Source: Paraglaciecola sp. (GTDB lineage: Bacteria; Pseudomonadota; Gammaproteobacteria; Enterobacterales; Alteromonadaceae). Taken from it: a stretch of 64,000 bases of DNA. The notes under the pieces are model-generated. The model was given only the letters and a program-made list of their open reading frames with translations, was not told the origin of the DNA and ran no database searches. This document shows positions 8,753-19,034 of the stretch, piece after piece (position 1 is the stretch's first letter; the number at the start of each line of letters is the position of its first letter). The DNA lies in the NCBI RefSeq assembly GCF_039943935.1, contig NZ_JBDUZQ010000004.1, positions 36,657 to 100,656 on the forward strand. Reading direction: 5' to 3'. A program made the translations under genes and the position numbers.

Positions 8753-8982
8753 CACTTGGCTTTGCATTTTTTGAGGCATGCTCTTTAAAAGTGGCCCTTT
8801 TTACCTTTCATGAATAGCGAAGTGTTTATCCTTAGGCTAGCTATTTAGCAATTAGTTAACGTTAACTCTTTAGCTTGGCAGTTTTATTTTGTGTTTCAGC
8901 TCACAGTAATTGCAGTTGCTATTACATTCACTTTATTATGAGGATTCTTGTTCTAACTGTAATTTCTTAGGAACCTCCCTCG

Positions 8983-11700
8983 ATGAGCTTTAGTTCTTTA
9001 GCTGTGTTTCATGGTACTACTCGTTTTTATCGTCACTGCCTTTTTCTAGGCTTTTTAGTTTCTGCTGGTTTAGTCAGCTTTATGGCCCAAGCCGAATACG
9101 ATCTATGGCCAGGGGCACAGTATAGAACTGATATTCCCACACACCAGCAGGTTTTAGGGTATGAAGTAGGAGAGCGGATCACCAATCATGGTGACATGCT
9201 AAGATTTTTTGAGGCATTAGAGCGTGCAGCACCAGACAGAATACGCTTATTTGAATATGGCCGCTCATGGGAAGGCCGCAAACTAATTTATGCGGCCATA
9301 GGTCAGCCTGAATTAATTAAAGATTTAGAAGGTTTTTCTAGTGACATGCAAAACCTGTCTGATCCCAGGATTACCGATAAAACCCAAGCTAAACAATTAC
9401 AAAACACTTTGCCTAGTTCTGTTTGGTTGCAATATGGTGTGCATGGCAACGAAATAAGCACAACTGATGCAGCTATGATGACGGCCTATCATTTACTCGC
9501 TGCGCCAAATGAGCCAACCAATAGAAAGATTTTAGATAACAATATTGTGTTTATTGACCCATTGCAAAATCCAGATGGAAGAACACGATTTACGCAGCGT
9601 TATTATGCAAGTGTAGGTATCAGCCATAGTCCAGACCGTTTGTCAGCTGAGCACAACGAACCTTGGCCAAGAGGCCGCACCAACCATTACTTGTTTGATA
9701 TGAATCGAGATTGGTTAGCTCTAACCCAGCCTGAAACCCAAGGTAAGGTTAAAGCTCTTAATAAATATCGCCCATTAGTGGTAATTGACTTGCACGAAAT
9801 GGGCGGTGACTCTAGTTATTTCTTTGCACCTTCGGCCCAACCATTTAACCCCCATATTCACCCTAAACAAATAGAAAATATCACTTTAGTGGGCCGTAAT
9901 AATGGTAAGCACTTCGACAAGTTTGGTTTTGATTACTTTACCCGAGAAGTCTACGACGCGTTTTATCCGGGCTATGGAGATAGCTGGCCAACTTTTTATG
10001 GTGCGGCTGCATCAACCTACGAAGTAGGTTCTTCACGGGGTGAAGTTTTCTTAAAAGATAATGGTGAGGTATTAACCTTTAAAGACACAGTGCATAAGCA
10101 CTTTGTTGCGTCTATTTCTACTGCTGAAGCGGTGGCAGACAATCGTGCTAAATTACTGAGAGATTTCTATCAGTTTCAGGTAGATGCTATTAAAAGTGGT
10201 AAGTCTGACAAAAAAGAACGTACTTTCATTTTGCCCACTGGTAAAGACCGCGCCACTACACACAAACTTGCTACCTTGATGGCGCAGCACGGCGTTGAAG
10301 TACAAAAGGCTACAGAACCCTTTAAAGCCTGTGGTGAGAATTACCAAGCTGGTACGTATATTATCGATACGGCTCAACCCAGAGGGCGCTTTGTTAAAAC
10401 AACCTTCACCCAGCAAGTTGACATGTCGAAAGCTTTTATAAAAGAGCAAGAAAGACGCCGAGCTAGGTTGTTGCGAGACGAAATTTACGATGTTACTGCA
10501 TGGTCGTTACCGCTAATGTTTAATGTAGATACAGACACCTGTGGTAAAGCTGTATCGGCGAAAACCATTCAGTTAAATGCTACTACTAAACTAGTAGGCA
10601 GTGTTACTAACCTAGATGCAAAGGTGGCCTACTTAGTACCGTGGGGTGATATGGCCTCTGTGCACTTTTTAACACAGGCATTACAGCAAGGTTTGATTGT
10701 TAAAAGTGCAGACAAAACCTTTGTTTTAGACAGTAAACAAGCATTTCCAGCTGGTAGTTTGATAGTTGAAACGCGCCGTAACGGTGAAGACTTAGCTACT
10801 AAAGTACAACAAATAGCGGCCGACACCGGCGCGGTAGTAACGGGCGTTGATAGCAGTTGGGTGATAAATGGACCAAGCTTTGGTAGTGGCGATGTAGTAG
10901 ATATGCCTGCTCTTAATATTGCTATGGCTTGGGATGAGCCGGTTTCTTCGTTAAGTGCCGGTAACTCGCGATTTGTTATCGAGCAGCAGCTAAATTATCC
11001 AGTAACAGCTATTCGCACCGATAAACTAGGCTCGGGAAACTTAGCCCATTACCAAGTGTTAATTCTGCCATCTGGTCGATACGGTCAAGCCTTTTCAAAG
11101 GCTGCGTTAGATAATATCAAACAGTGGGTAAGTAATGGCGGTGTATTAATTACCTTTGGTGATGCCACTGCATTTGCTGCTTCTGCTAATGCTAGTTTGT
11201 TAGATGTGAAGCGTGAGCTTGCGGTGACGGATAAAGAAGAATCTAAAACTACCACATCTAATCAAGTTAAAGGGCAACTGCTAACAGACAAACAAGCTCT
11301 GTTAGACGCAAGTGTTGACGCTAAGCAACAGCCTGACTATGTGGCTGGGGTTTTAGCAAATATAGAAGTAGATCAGGAACATTGGCTTACGGCTGGGGTC
11401 AACCCTAATGTGGTCGCTATGGTGTCGGGTCGTAATATTTATACCCCAATCACCCTTACCTCTGGCAAAAATTTAGCATGGTTTGCTGGTGAAGATTCAC
11501 TGTTGGCTAGTGGTTATTTATGGGAAGAAAATACCAAGCAGCTTGCCTATAAGCCTTTTTTGATTGTACAGCCTCAAGGTAATGGTATGGTGATTGGCTA
11601 TACTCAAGAGCCAACCACTCGCGCGTATTTAGATGGCTTAAATATAATGTTAGCAAACAGTATTTTCAGGGCAGCAGCTCATGCTCAACCACTTAGGTAG
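8983..11700 (+). CDS. Secreted M14-family zinc carboxypeptidase with C-terminal GATase-like domain
   Basis: Signal peptide; GVHGNE, NPDGR, DMNRDW and DLHEMG zinc and substrate motifs. Confidence 0.85.
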   Translation: MSFSSLAVFHGTTRFYRHCLFLGFLVSAGLVSFMAQAEYDLWPGAQYRTDIPTHQQVLGYEVGERITNHGDMLRFFEALERAAPDRIRLFEYGRSWEGRKLIYAAIGQPELIKDLEGFSSDMQNLSDPRITDKTQAKQLQNTLPSSVWLQYGVHGNEISTTDAAMMTAYHLLAAPNEPTNRKILDNNIVFIDPLQNPDGRTRFTQRYYASVGISHSPDRLSAEHNEPWPRGRTNHYLFDMNRDWLALTQPETQGKVKALNKYRPLVVIDLHEMGGDSSYFFAPSAQPFNPHIHPKQIENITLVGRNNGKHFDKFGFDYFTREVYDAFYPGYGDSWPTFYGAAASTYEVGSSRGEVFLKDNGEVLTFKDTVHKHFVASISTAEAVADNRAKLLRDFYQFQVDAIKSGKSDKKERTFILPTGKDRATTHKLATLMAQHGVEVQKATEPFKACGENYQAGTYIIDTAQPRGRFVKTTFTQQVDMSKAFIKEQERRRARLLRDEIYDVTAWSLPLMFNVDTDTCGKAVSAKTIQLNATTKLVGSVTNLDAKVAYLVPWGDMASVHFLTQALQQGLIVKSADKTFVLDSKQAFPAGSLIVETRRNGEDLATKVQQIAADTGAVVTGVDSSWVINGPSFGSGDVVDMPALNIAMAWDEPVSSLSAGNSRFVIEQQLNYPVTAIRTDKLGSGNLAHYQVLILPSGRYGQAFSKAALDNIKQWVSNGGVLITFGDATAFAASANASLLDVKRELAVTDKEESKTTTSNQVKGQLLTDKQALLDASVDAKQQPDYVAGVLANIEVDQEHWLTAGVNPNVVAMVSGRNIYTPITLTSGKNLAWFAGEDSLLASGYLWEENTKQLAYKPFLIVQPQGNGMVIGYTQEPTTRAYLDGLNIMLANSIFRAAAHAQPLR

Positions 11701-11758
11701 CAATGGACTTGTTAGTCTTTTATTAATGAATTTATAGCAAAGCACTAAGGATAAATGA

Positions 11759-12343
11759 ATGTTAAAACTTTTTGGTTCTACTACGTCACCCTTTGTACGT
11801 CGTTTACGTATTTGGTTAGCGAATACTGAACACGAGTTCGTAAATTTACAAGTATTTGCAGAAGAAGACAGAGAGCAATTGATTGCCAAAAACCCCACCA
11901 TGAAAATCCCTATGTTAGAGGATACTTTTGATGGCAAGTCGCAGGTGATTTATGACTCTAGAGTGATTTACCGTTACCTAACAGATAAGTTTGCAGACCC
12001 TGCATTGAGCTGGGACCAAGAAAACCAACTAACCTTGATTGACTCGGCCAACGACTCTTTGGTGCAGATGTTTATTTTGTCTAATTCAGATATTCAACCA
12101 GATGAAGACAAGTTGTTCTTTAAACTTCAAAAAGAGCGAGTGAATGCAGTTTTAGTGCAGTTAAATACGTTAGCTGGTAGTGGTCAGTTTTCTAGTTGGA
12201 ATTATCCTGCTGTGTGTTTATATTGCCTTATAGATTGGATAGAATTTAGAGAACTACATAATATGCAAGGGTTAACCAATTTGTTAGAGTTTCATGATGA
12301 TAACTCTCAACGAATTGAAGTTACCGCAACAGACCCTCGCTAA
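11759..12343 (+). CDS. Glutathione S-transferase family protein
   Basis: SPFVRRLRI, NPTMKIPML and IYDSRVI GST N-domain motifs. Confidence 0.85.
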   Translation: MLKLFGSTTSPFVRRLRIWLANTEHEFVNLQVFAEEDREQLIAKNPTMKIPMLEDTFDGKSQVIYDSRVIYRYLTDKFADPALSWDQENQLTLIDSANDSLVQMFILSNSDIQPDEDKLFFKLQKERVNAVLVQLNTLAGSGQFSSWNYPAVCLYCLIDWIEFRELHNMQGLTNLLEFHDDNSQRIEVTATDPR

Positions 12344-12364
12344 TCTTTATACTATAGGCAAAAG

Positions 12365-12697
12365 ATGAACCAAGACCAAAAAACACAAGCCGAAGCTGCG
12401 GCTTTTAGGCATTTACTTAAGCATTTAGATGCAAACAAAGACGTGCAAAATATCGACCTGATGATTTTGGCTGATTTTTGCCGTAACTGTTTGGCTAAAT
12501 GGTATATGGCCGCTGCTAATGAGCGAGGGGCAGACATGGATTACAACCAAGCCCGTGAAGAGGTATACGGTATGCCATTTAGTGAGTGGAAAGATAAATA
12601 TCAATTGCCAGCATCAGCAGAGCAGTTAGCGGGATTTGAAGCTAGACAAGAAGCTAAAAAATTAGCGACTGAGCCATCAACATCAGGTTGTCAGTAA
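12365..12697 (+). CDS. DUF1244 family protein
   Basis: AAAFRHLLKHL, DVQNIDLM, FCRNCLAKWY and VYGMPFSEWK signature. Confidence 0.85.
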   Translation: MNQDQKTQAEAAAFRHLLKHLDANKDVQNIDLMILADFCRNCLAKWYMAAANERGADMDYNQAREEVYGMPFSEWKDKYQLPASAEQLAGFEARQEAKKLATEPSTSGCQ

Positions 12698-12749
12698 CCT
12701 TGATATAAGCAGGTTTAATCATTCAGGTGACTAAACCTGCACACATAAT

Positions 12750-12778
12750 ATCCCGTTTTTAGAAACGGGATTTATTTT
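12750..12778 (+). terminator. Rho-independent terminator
   Basis: atcccgttt-ttag-aaacgggat followed by a T-rich run. Confidence 0.65.
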
Positions 12779-12822
12779 ACTTCGGTAACAAAATTCTCTG
12801 TATCTCGTCTTATTTTTTTAAG

Positions 12823-13490
12823 TCAACAGGTGGAACTGCGAGTATTCGTACCATGAACGTACCCATGTGTGAAGTTGGCGCCGCTGCAAAGTTAATGTTA
12901 ATTGCTGCCACGGCTAAAGTGTGGGGGGGCAGAAAACGAATGTAGGGCAGACAAGCATTTCGTTACTAATCAAAATAACCAACAGATCTTAGGTTATGGT
13001 GAGCTAGCAGGTCTTGCCGCCAATCAAGCTGTCTCAGAAAACGTAGTGCTTAAATCCAAAGCAGAGTATAAATACATTGGCAGAGACCTAGCCTGCCATA
13101 ACCAAGATAAAATAGTGGTAGGCAAGCTTACTTATGGGATTGATACTAAATTACCCAGCTTAAAATATGCTGCTTTTACTCATTGTCGAGTGCTAGGAGG
13201 AAAACTAAAAAGTATAGATGAAACTGCTTTAATGAAGATAACAGGTATGTCTAATGTAATTGAAATTCCTCACTTTAATGTGCCTTTTGGCTCAATTGGT
13301 AGTTGCCGCAATTGCTGACAATACATAGACAGCGCAGCAAGCGTTAAAACTTCTTACAATCGAGTGCGACCTTGGGCCGAATAAGGTTTACTAGAATAAA
13401 ACGCTGCAAAGCGTAACTTGTTAAGAATGTTGAAGCGCCAGCACACATAACAAATTAAAGGGGGTATAAAAAGCGCTTTCAATCATGCTA
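12823..13490 (+). pseudogene. Internal fragment of a xanthine dehydrogenase / isoquinoline oxidoreductase beta-subunit (IorB-like) gene
   Basis: STGGTASIR...GAAAKLMLIAATAKVWG, frameshift at G7 (12923-12929), then KYIGRD...YGID; second frameshift, then ADNT*TAQQA (TAG 13326-13328). No intact start or C-terminus; end coordinate approximate. Confidence 0.75.
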
Positions 13491-13805
13491 GCCAAATCCT
13501 AAAAGCAACGTTAATAAGTAAAAATTTTTTATCCTTATTTTCGTTTACTCAACAAGGTGTACTCTATTAAAATTGAGGTAAGGCGAAAATATAAATTATC
13601 ATCTTGAAATATAAAGAAAATTTTATTATTTCTATTTTATAAAAATTTTATGGTGGACAAGACCTTAGATCTACTCTAATTTATCCCTCTGCATTTGTTT
13701 CGTAACAGACACAGGATTTGAAGTTTAACACGCTGTTTAAGTCCTAAATTTAATTCTATTAATAATGAAAATGTAGTCAATTTTTTAATACCAGCACAAG
13801 GATAT

Positions 13806-14492
13806 GTGGCTAGTACTATGCGTAATACAAAGACTGTTCTATTACTTTTATTTTTGGTCGCTTGTCGTGATGAGAGCAGTTATCGAAACGCCCCCGCAAT
13901 TCTGGTGTATTTTTCTGGTCCGCTAACATTTAATAATCAATATGTTGTTAACTCGTATATGGTTTCTAATGACAATCATTTAACTTATGTTCAGTTTGAT
14001 TCTCTAGGTAAAATATCTGAGTTTAAGAAAAATAAAATTTCAACAGATTTTGACTTCCCCAGTTTGCAGTTACTGTGTACTGGGCGGGGTGAAAACGCTC
14101 AAATATCTTACGATTTTTATAAATATAATGCGACGTATGTAGCGTTAACTAAAAACGAAGTGATTTTACGTAAAGATTGTGAAAATGGTCAAAACCTTCA
14201 GGCTCTTTGGCTCACAAACAATGAACAAGTAAGTACCACTTTAGATTCGGGGAAAAATGCTAAAAAAGGAAAATATATAAGAGCAGTGCCCTATTTGGGT
14301 GAAGCCAAGAGTGATATTTATTTAAACAGTTTGCAAACCATTGAGGTGCAACAAACGTTAACTCGTTTCCCCTATAAATTTTTTCATATCTCAGATTTAC
14401 CTAGCCTTGCAGAAATTAACAACATTAAAGGTGATGTTTTAATTGTTAGGTTAGAAAGCAACGCGTACGCATTTTATTGGTACGATTTTTAA
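13806..14492 (+). CDS. Hypothetical lipoprotein
   Basis: Lipobox-like LLLFLVAC; 228-aa ORF ending 29 bp before the next gene. Confidence 0.65.
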   Translation: MASTMRNTKTVLLLLFLVACRDESSYRNAPAILVYFSGPLTFNNQYVVNSYMVSNDNHLTYVQFDSLGKISEFKKNKISTDFDFPSLQLLCTGRGENAQISYDFYKYNATYVALTKNEVILRKDCENGQNLQALWLTNNEQVSTTLDSGKNAKKGKYIRAVPYLGEAKSDIYLNSLQTIEVQQTLTRFPYKFFHISDLPSLAEINNIKGDVLIVRLESNAYAFYWYDF

Positions 14493-14521
14493 TTCATACA
14501 CCATAACAAGGAGGAAATAGT

Positions 14522-17500
14522 ATGAAATCTTGCATGAAAGACGGTGGCTTATTTTCAGGTAAAAACCGTGTTAAAACCTTAGCGGTGCTCATAGGTTGTT
14601 CTTTATTACCGAGTAATGTTTTAGCAGGAAATAGTTGGCTGTCAAAAAGTACGGTACTAGAAAATCAAAAGCAGCCTAAGTCTTACTATTCTACTAATTT
14701 GATAGATGCTAAGGCAATTGAAAATTCTGACCAAGTTTTGTTTGATATCACGGTGTCTTTGTATAACTCTCCTGCAGGAGATGATGATGCACTCACGACC
14801 AATGGTGATCCACAAGAAATTCATGAAGAAATTATCGGGCATTTTGCTGACGCTGTTTGTGAGCAAAGTAATGGCATTCATAAATTGCAGAAAGTTAGCC
14901 TATTTAAGAATAAAAAGCACCAAGCTAAAGCTGATATTATTTGGAACAATAGTGAGTGGCCTAGAGCCCATCTCGCTGGATTTGGTGCTAATGGTATGCA
15001 CATATATTTCGGCGATATTTTTCCTGGTGGAAATGGCACCAGTGACAAGGACATGCTGGCAGATACCAAAGGAGCTGGGTACACATTAGGTCACGAGTGG
15101 GGGCACTATGTATATGGGTTATTTGATGAATATAGTGGCTCGGCAGACTCGACTGCTTCTGCAAGCACTCCGCAAAATACAGATGTTGAGACTGTTCCCT
15201 CAATCATGTCAAACCAATGGCTTGCATCTACAAGCGGAAACCAATGGTTAAACCACTCTACTAGTAATAATTTAGGGGATGCTGCCAGAACTGCGCAAGG
15301 TAGAGTATATGGTAAAAGTGGATGGGAAATTTTAGTTCAAGACCCTAAAGATGATCCTAAATCTGGACAAGCTACCGCTCAACCTGACAGAACAAGGTAT
15401 TTAGCATTAGGTAATGGGAGCCCAACGGCTGCTGATAATTGGGTAAAAGAAGAATTAGCAGATGCAAACTTTGATTGTAGAAGTCAGCTAGATATTGTTT
15501 GGGTTGATGGTGATATTGACATGCAAATTGTTATAGATCGCTCTGGTAGTATGGGTGGAACGCCTATAGCAAATGCCACTCAAGCAGCAAAATTACTGGT
15601 TGATGCAACAGCTGAAGGTACAACAAGCTTAGGTGTAGTATCGTTTGCTAACTCTCCATCGCAAACAAGTGCTTTGCAAGTTATACCGTCTCCCGGCACA
15701 ACAATTAAGGAAGGTATAAAACAAACCATCGATACAATATACTCGGGCGGGTCTACCGCCTTATTTGATGGAGCACAATTAGCGCTAGATAATTTAGTGA
15801 CATATCAGTCTCAAGCTAATTCTGGTGCGCCCGGAGTTGTGTTTGTTTTAGCTGATGGTGATGATAATAGTTCATATTATTCACAAGCGAATGTTATTCA
15901 AAACTACCAGAGTGCGAATATCCCTATCTTTTCTTTTGGATATGGTGGCGCTTCACCAACTGGTCCATTATTGGAACTCGCGAATGGAACGGGTGGAAAA
16001 TATTTCTCTTCACCTACTACATTATCAGAAATTACGGATGCATTTTTGCAGGCTAATGCTTTGGCGACTGATAGTCAAAACTTAGCTGATACATCTAGCA
16101 GTATTTTGGCTTCTTCATCGGCAGATTTTGATTTAGAAGTAGACTCGGGCATTGCTAACTTAAGTTTGTTCTTCAGCCATAATGGTAATGTAGATGATAT
16201 TTCTTTCGGCATTTATGATGCTGCGGATGACTTATTAACAGTTGAGGTAGATTGTATTAGCTTGTCTGGCGGTGTGTCATGTTCTGCAAATATTGACGAA
16301 ACGCAAATAACCACTTCTGATCCGGGGGCGTGGAGGGTAAATGTGGAAAATACGGCAGTATACGAGCTAGACGTTTCATTTAATGCATCTGGAGAACCTT
16401 CTGATAATGGAACCTTTAATGTTACCGTTGAAGGTGTTGATGGAAATTCAATTTCTTATCCTGAATTAATGATTTTAACTACTGCTATAACCAAAGATAG
16501 AAATGTAACTGGTGTGAACGTTAGCGCTTTAATTGTTGACCCGAACAGTGTGGAAACCCAGTTTCACATGACAGACGATGGAACAAATGGGGACGGAACT
16601 GCTAATGATGGTATTTATTCAGCCATTATAGGTTACCAAACTAATGGGTTGTATCAAGTATCAGTATTTGTAGATAATAGCAACTTAAATGCGAAATTTT
16701 CAGATGTAGGTTTGTTAACACCCACAGTGGATGGCTCTCAACCAACTGCACCTGTACTTCCTGCTATTCAAGAAAACTTTTACCGTGTATCTAAAGCCTC
16801 TTTGGTGGTAAGCAATGTACCATTTAGCGATGGCGATGATTCTATTTCTTATGCAAATCAATTTACGCCAGATAACACCGGATTTGATAGTCAAATTAAC
16901 TCGGCAGGTGATATAGACTTTTTTGAAGCCGATGGTGTCGATACAACTCAGTCCATTTTTGTAAGGGTTACAAGGTTAAGCTTAGGTATGATGCCTAAAC
17001 TAACTGTGCTTGCTTCTGATGGTGTAACACCAATCGTTAGTGGTGCTACGTTAGCAGATTCAATATCAGACACCGGATATTTATACAAAGAAATAGACGC
17101 TTCTTTGCTAACTTCAACTATTTACTTAACCATTGAACATGAAGACTCTGCAGCTGTTCAAGGTGGATATGAGATTAGTTTAGGTGCGCAATTAAATACA
17201 GATGTGCCACCTAACTCCCCACCACAGGTTGCTGCAGATTCAGAAACCTTGTTTGCAGGGTTTTCTGTAACCTTGGCTCCTTTGGCTAATGATATAGATA
17301 GCGATGGTGATATTATATCGATTGATAGCCTTGATAGTGCTGGAGCCTTAGGTGAACTCACATTAAACACGGATGGCACCGTTACATTTAATGCTGAAAC
17401 TGCCTACGCAGGATTAGTTCCTGGTGAATCGTTAACTGAAGTGATGAGTTATATAGTATCTGATGGCAATGGGGGATTTTCAAAAGGAGAAATTTCTGTA

Positions 17501-18211
17501 TTAGTTATTGCTAACAGCCATCCTGATGCAGTTGCAGACAATTTTGATGTGGCAGAAGATGCCATTGTGTCATTTACTCCGCTATTAAATGATAGTGACG
17601 TAGATGGGCACACAATAACATTCGTTAGTATCGAGTCTTCCCAGCTTGCTGGTGTGCTTACTGATAATGGTGATGGTAGCTATTTATATGATCCTAATGG
17701 TCAATTTAACCATTTGTCTGAAGGTGAATCATCTCAAGAGCTGTTAACTTATGTTATTGCTGATGAGCTGCTAGCGGAAACCACTGGTACGGTAACTATC
17801 TCTGTAAATGGTTTAAATCAGGCTCCTATTGCAATTGCCGATTCGGTTAGCGTAGCTGAAAATACAACAGTAGACTTCGATGTGATTGCGAATGACACTG
17901 ATGCCGACTTAGATGTATTAACGGTCACTAGTATTGATTCGACTGCAACATCAGGAGAAGTAACGCTCAATGCAAATGGTACGGTGCACTACGATCCTAA
18001 TGGTTTATTTGATAGCCTGGATTTTGGTAGTACAGGTACTGATACATTTACTTATATTGTGAGTGATGGGGAGCTTACCGAGGTAGCAACCGTTACAGTT
18101 ACAATTACTGGGGTAGATGATCCTGCCAAATCAGGAGGTGGGGGTGGTTCAATATTTTGGCTTTTACCTTTATGTTTTATGGTCGCAGTACGAAAATTGA
18201 AAAATAGCTAA
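14522..18211 (+). CDS. CLCA-like zinc metalloprotease / VWA / Ig-repeat surface protein with GlyGly-CTERM anchor
   Basis: HEWGHYVYGLFDEY (H191, E192, H195); VWA MIDAS IDRSGSM; TDDGTNGDGTANDGIYS; three NxxPxAxxD Ig/cadherin-like repeats; SGGGGGS + TM helix + RK tail; RBS ggagg. Confidence 0.85.
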   Translation: MKSCMKDGGLFSGKNRVKTLAVLIGCSLLPSNVLAGNSWLSKSTVLENQKQPKSYYSTNLIDAKAIENSDQVLFDITVSLYNSPAGDDDALTTNGDPQEIHEEIIGHFADAVCEQSNGIHKLQKVSLFKNKKHQAKADIIWNNSEWPRAHLAGFGANGMHIYFGDIFPGGNGTSDKDMLADTKGAGYTLGHEWGHYVYGLFDEYSGSADSTASASTPQNTDVETVPSIMSNQWLASTSGNQWLNHSTSNNLGDAARTAQGRVYGKSGWEILVQDPKDDPKSGQATAQPDRTRYLALGNGSPTAADNWVKEELADANFDCRSQLDIVWVDGDIDMQIVIDRSGSMGGTPIANATQAAKLLVDATAEGTTSLGVVSFANSPSQTSALQVIPSPGTTIKEGIKQTIDTIYSGGSTALFDGAQLALDNLVTYQSQANSGAPGVVFVLADGDDNSSYYSQANVIQNYQSANIPIFSFGYGGASPTGPLLELANGTGGKYFSSPTTLSEITDAFLQANALATDSQNLADTSSSILASSSADFDLEVDSGIANLSLFFSHNGNVDDISFGIYDAADDLLTVEVDCISLSGGVSCSANIDETQITTSDPGAWRVNVENTAVYELDVSFNASGEPSDNGTFNVTVEGVDGNSISYPELMILTTAITKDRNVTGVNVSALIVDPNSVETQFHMTDDGTNGDGTANDGIYSAIIGYQTNGLYQVSVFVDNSNLNAKFSDVGLLTPTVDGSQPTAPVLPAIQENFYRVSKASLVVSNVPFSDGDDSISYANQFTPDNTGFDSQINSAGDIDFFEADGVDTTQSIFVRVTRLSLGMMPKLTVLASDGVTPIVSGATLADSISDTGYLYKEIDASLLTSTIYLTIEHEDSAAVQGGYEISLGAQLNTDVPPNSPPQVAADSETLFAGFSVTLAPLANDIDSDGDIISIDSLDSAGALGELTLNTDGTVTFNAETAYAGLVPGESLTEVMSYIVSDGNGGFSKGEISVLVIANSHPDAVADNFDVAEDAIVSFTPLLNDSDVDGHTITFVSIESSQLAGVLTDNGDGSYLYDPNGQFNHLSEGESSQELLTYVIADELLAETTGTVTISVNGLNQAPIAIADSVSVAENTTVDFDVIANDTDADLDVLTVTSIDSTATSGEVTLNANGTVHYDPNGLFDSLDFGSTGTDTFTYIVSDGELTEVATVTVTITGVDDPAKSGGGGGSIFWLLPLCFMVAVRKLKNS

Positions 18212-18274
18212 ATTTTGTTGCTAACTAGTTAAGTTAACCGTAAATATGTTGTATTTACGGCTTTTACATTGATT

Positions 18275-18303
18275 AATGCCTGCTTAGTAAGCAGGCATTT
18301 TTT
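18275..18303. terminator. Bidirectional terminator between convergent genes
   Basis: aatgcctgctta / taagcaggcatt dyad followed by a T run. Confidence 0.75.
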
Positions 18304-18321
18304 ATGTGGTAGAAAATAACC

Positions 18322-18876
18322 TTAAGCTTTCTTTTCCCATGCAAATTGTGCAAATGCGTCATCAACAGGCGTTTCTGCTAGGTGATTTGTATAGTTACTC
18401 ATTACCTTTTGAGCAAGGCCTAAAACAATATTAAGTAGGCTTTCTGAAGTGTAACCCGCTTCATAAAACACTTTAACTTCTTGTTCTGATAACACTCCAC
18501 GGTTACGTACAACTAACAAAGTAGTGTCGTGTAGTACCTGCAGTTTTTCAGTTGGCATTGGTTCTTGATTACGAAGCGCTTCTGTCAGTTCAGGGTTAAC
18601 TTTCATCATGTGAGCGATACCAGTATGGGCTGGCACACAATAATGGCAACCATGTTCAACATTAATGGCTTGCCACACAACGGTTAGTTCTTCGGCATTA
18701 AAAGGTGTTTCTGCGAATAAAGTATGGACTGTTTTGTAGCTTTCTAACAATTGTGGTGATTCTGCCATAGCGGCATGTAAGTTTGGCAACATGCCAAAAT
18801 CTGTAACCGACTTTTCAAGCATTGGCTTACTTTTTTCTGGGGCAGATTCAATTGTATGTAGTTTGATGTCGTTCAT
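18322..18876 (-). CDS. Carboxymuconolactone decarboxylase / AhpD-like peroxidase family protein
   Basis: FGMLPNL and EHGCHYCVPAH (CxxC) motifs. Confidence 0.85.
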   Translation of the reverse strand: MNDIKLHTIESAPEKSKPMLEKSVTDFGMLPNLHAAMAESPQLLESYKTVHTLFAETPFNAEELTVVWQAINVEHGCHYCVPAHTGIAHMMKVNPELTEALRNQEPMPTEKLQVLHDTTLLVVRNRGVLSEQEVKVFYEAGYTSESLLNIVLGLAQKVMSNYTNHLAETPVDDAFAQFAWEKKA

Positions 18877-18960
18877 GAGAAGAGTCCTATTTTAAAAACA
18901 ATTTAATAATGAAAAGCGAGTCTTTGTTCGCCACTTAAGTTGAACATAATATATCTGTAC

Positions 18961-18999
18961 TTGAACGATTGTTCAAGATAAAATTGAACGGTCGTTCAA
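18961..18999. promoter_or_regulatory. Two palindromic TetR-type operators
   Basis: ttgaacgattgttcaa (18961-18976) and ttgaacggtcgttcaa (18984-18999) between the divergent genes. Confidence 0.75.
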
Positions 19000-19034
19000 A
19001 TTATATTGAACCAAAGTGTTATATGTGAGAGTGG

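Noticed and set aside
13723-13742. gtttaacacgctgtttaag resembling an attC left arm upstream of the lipoprotein
   Set aside because: No matching right arm or GTTRRRY found within a plausible distance.
17200-18120. Threefold repeat in the large surface gene
   Set aside because: These are in-frame Ig/cadherin-like protein domains, divergent at DNA level; not a DNA repeat element.
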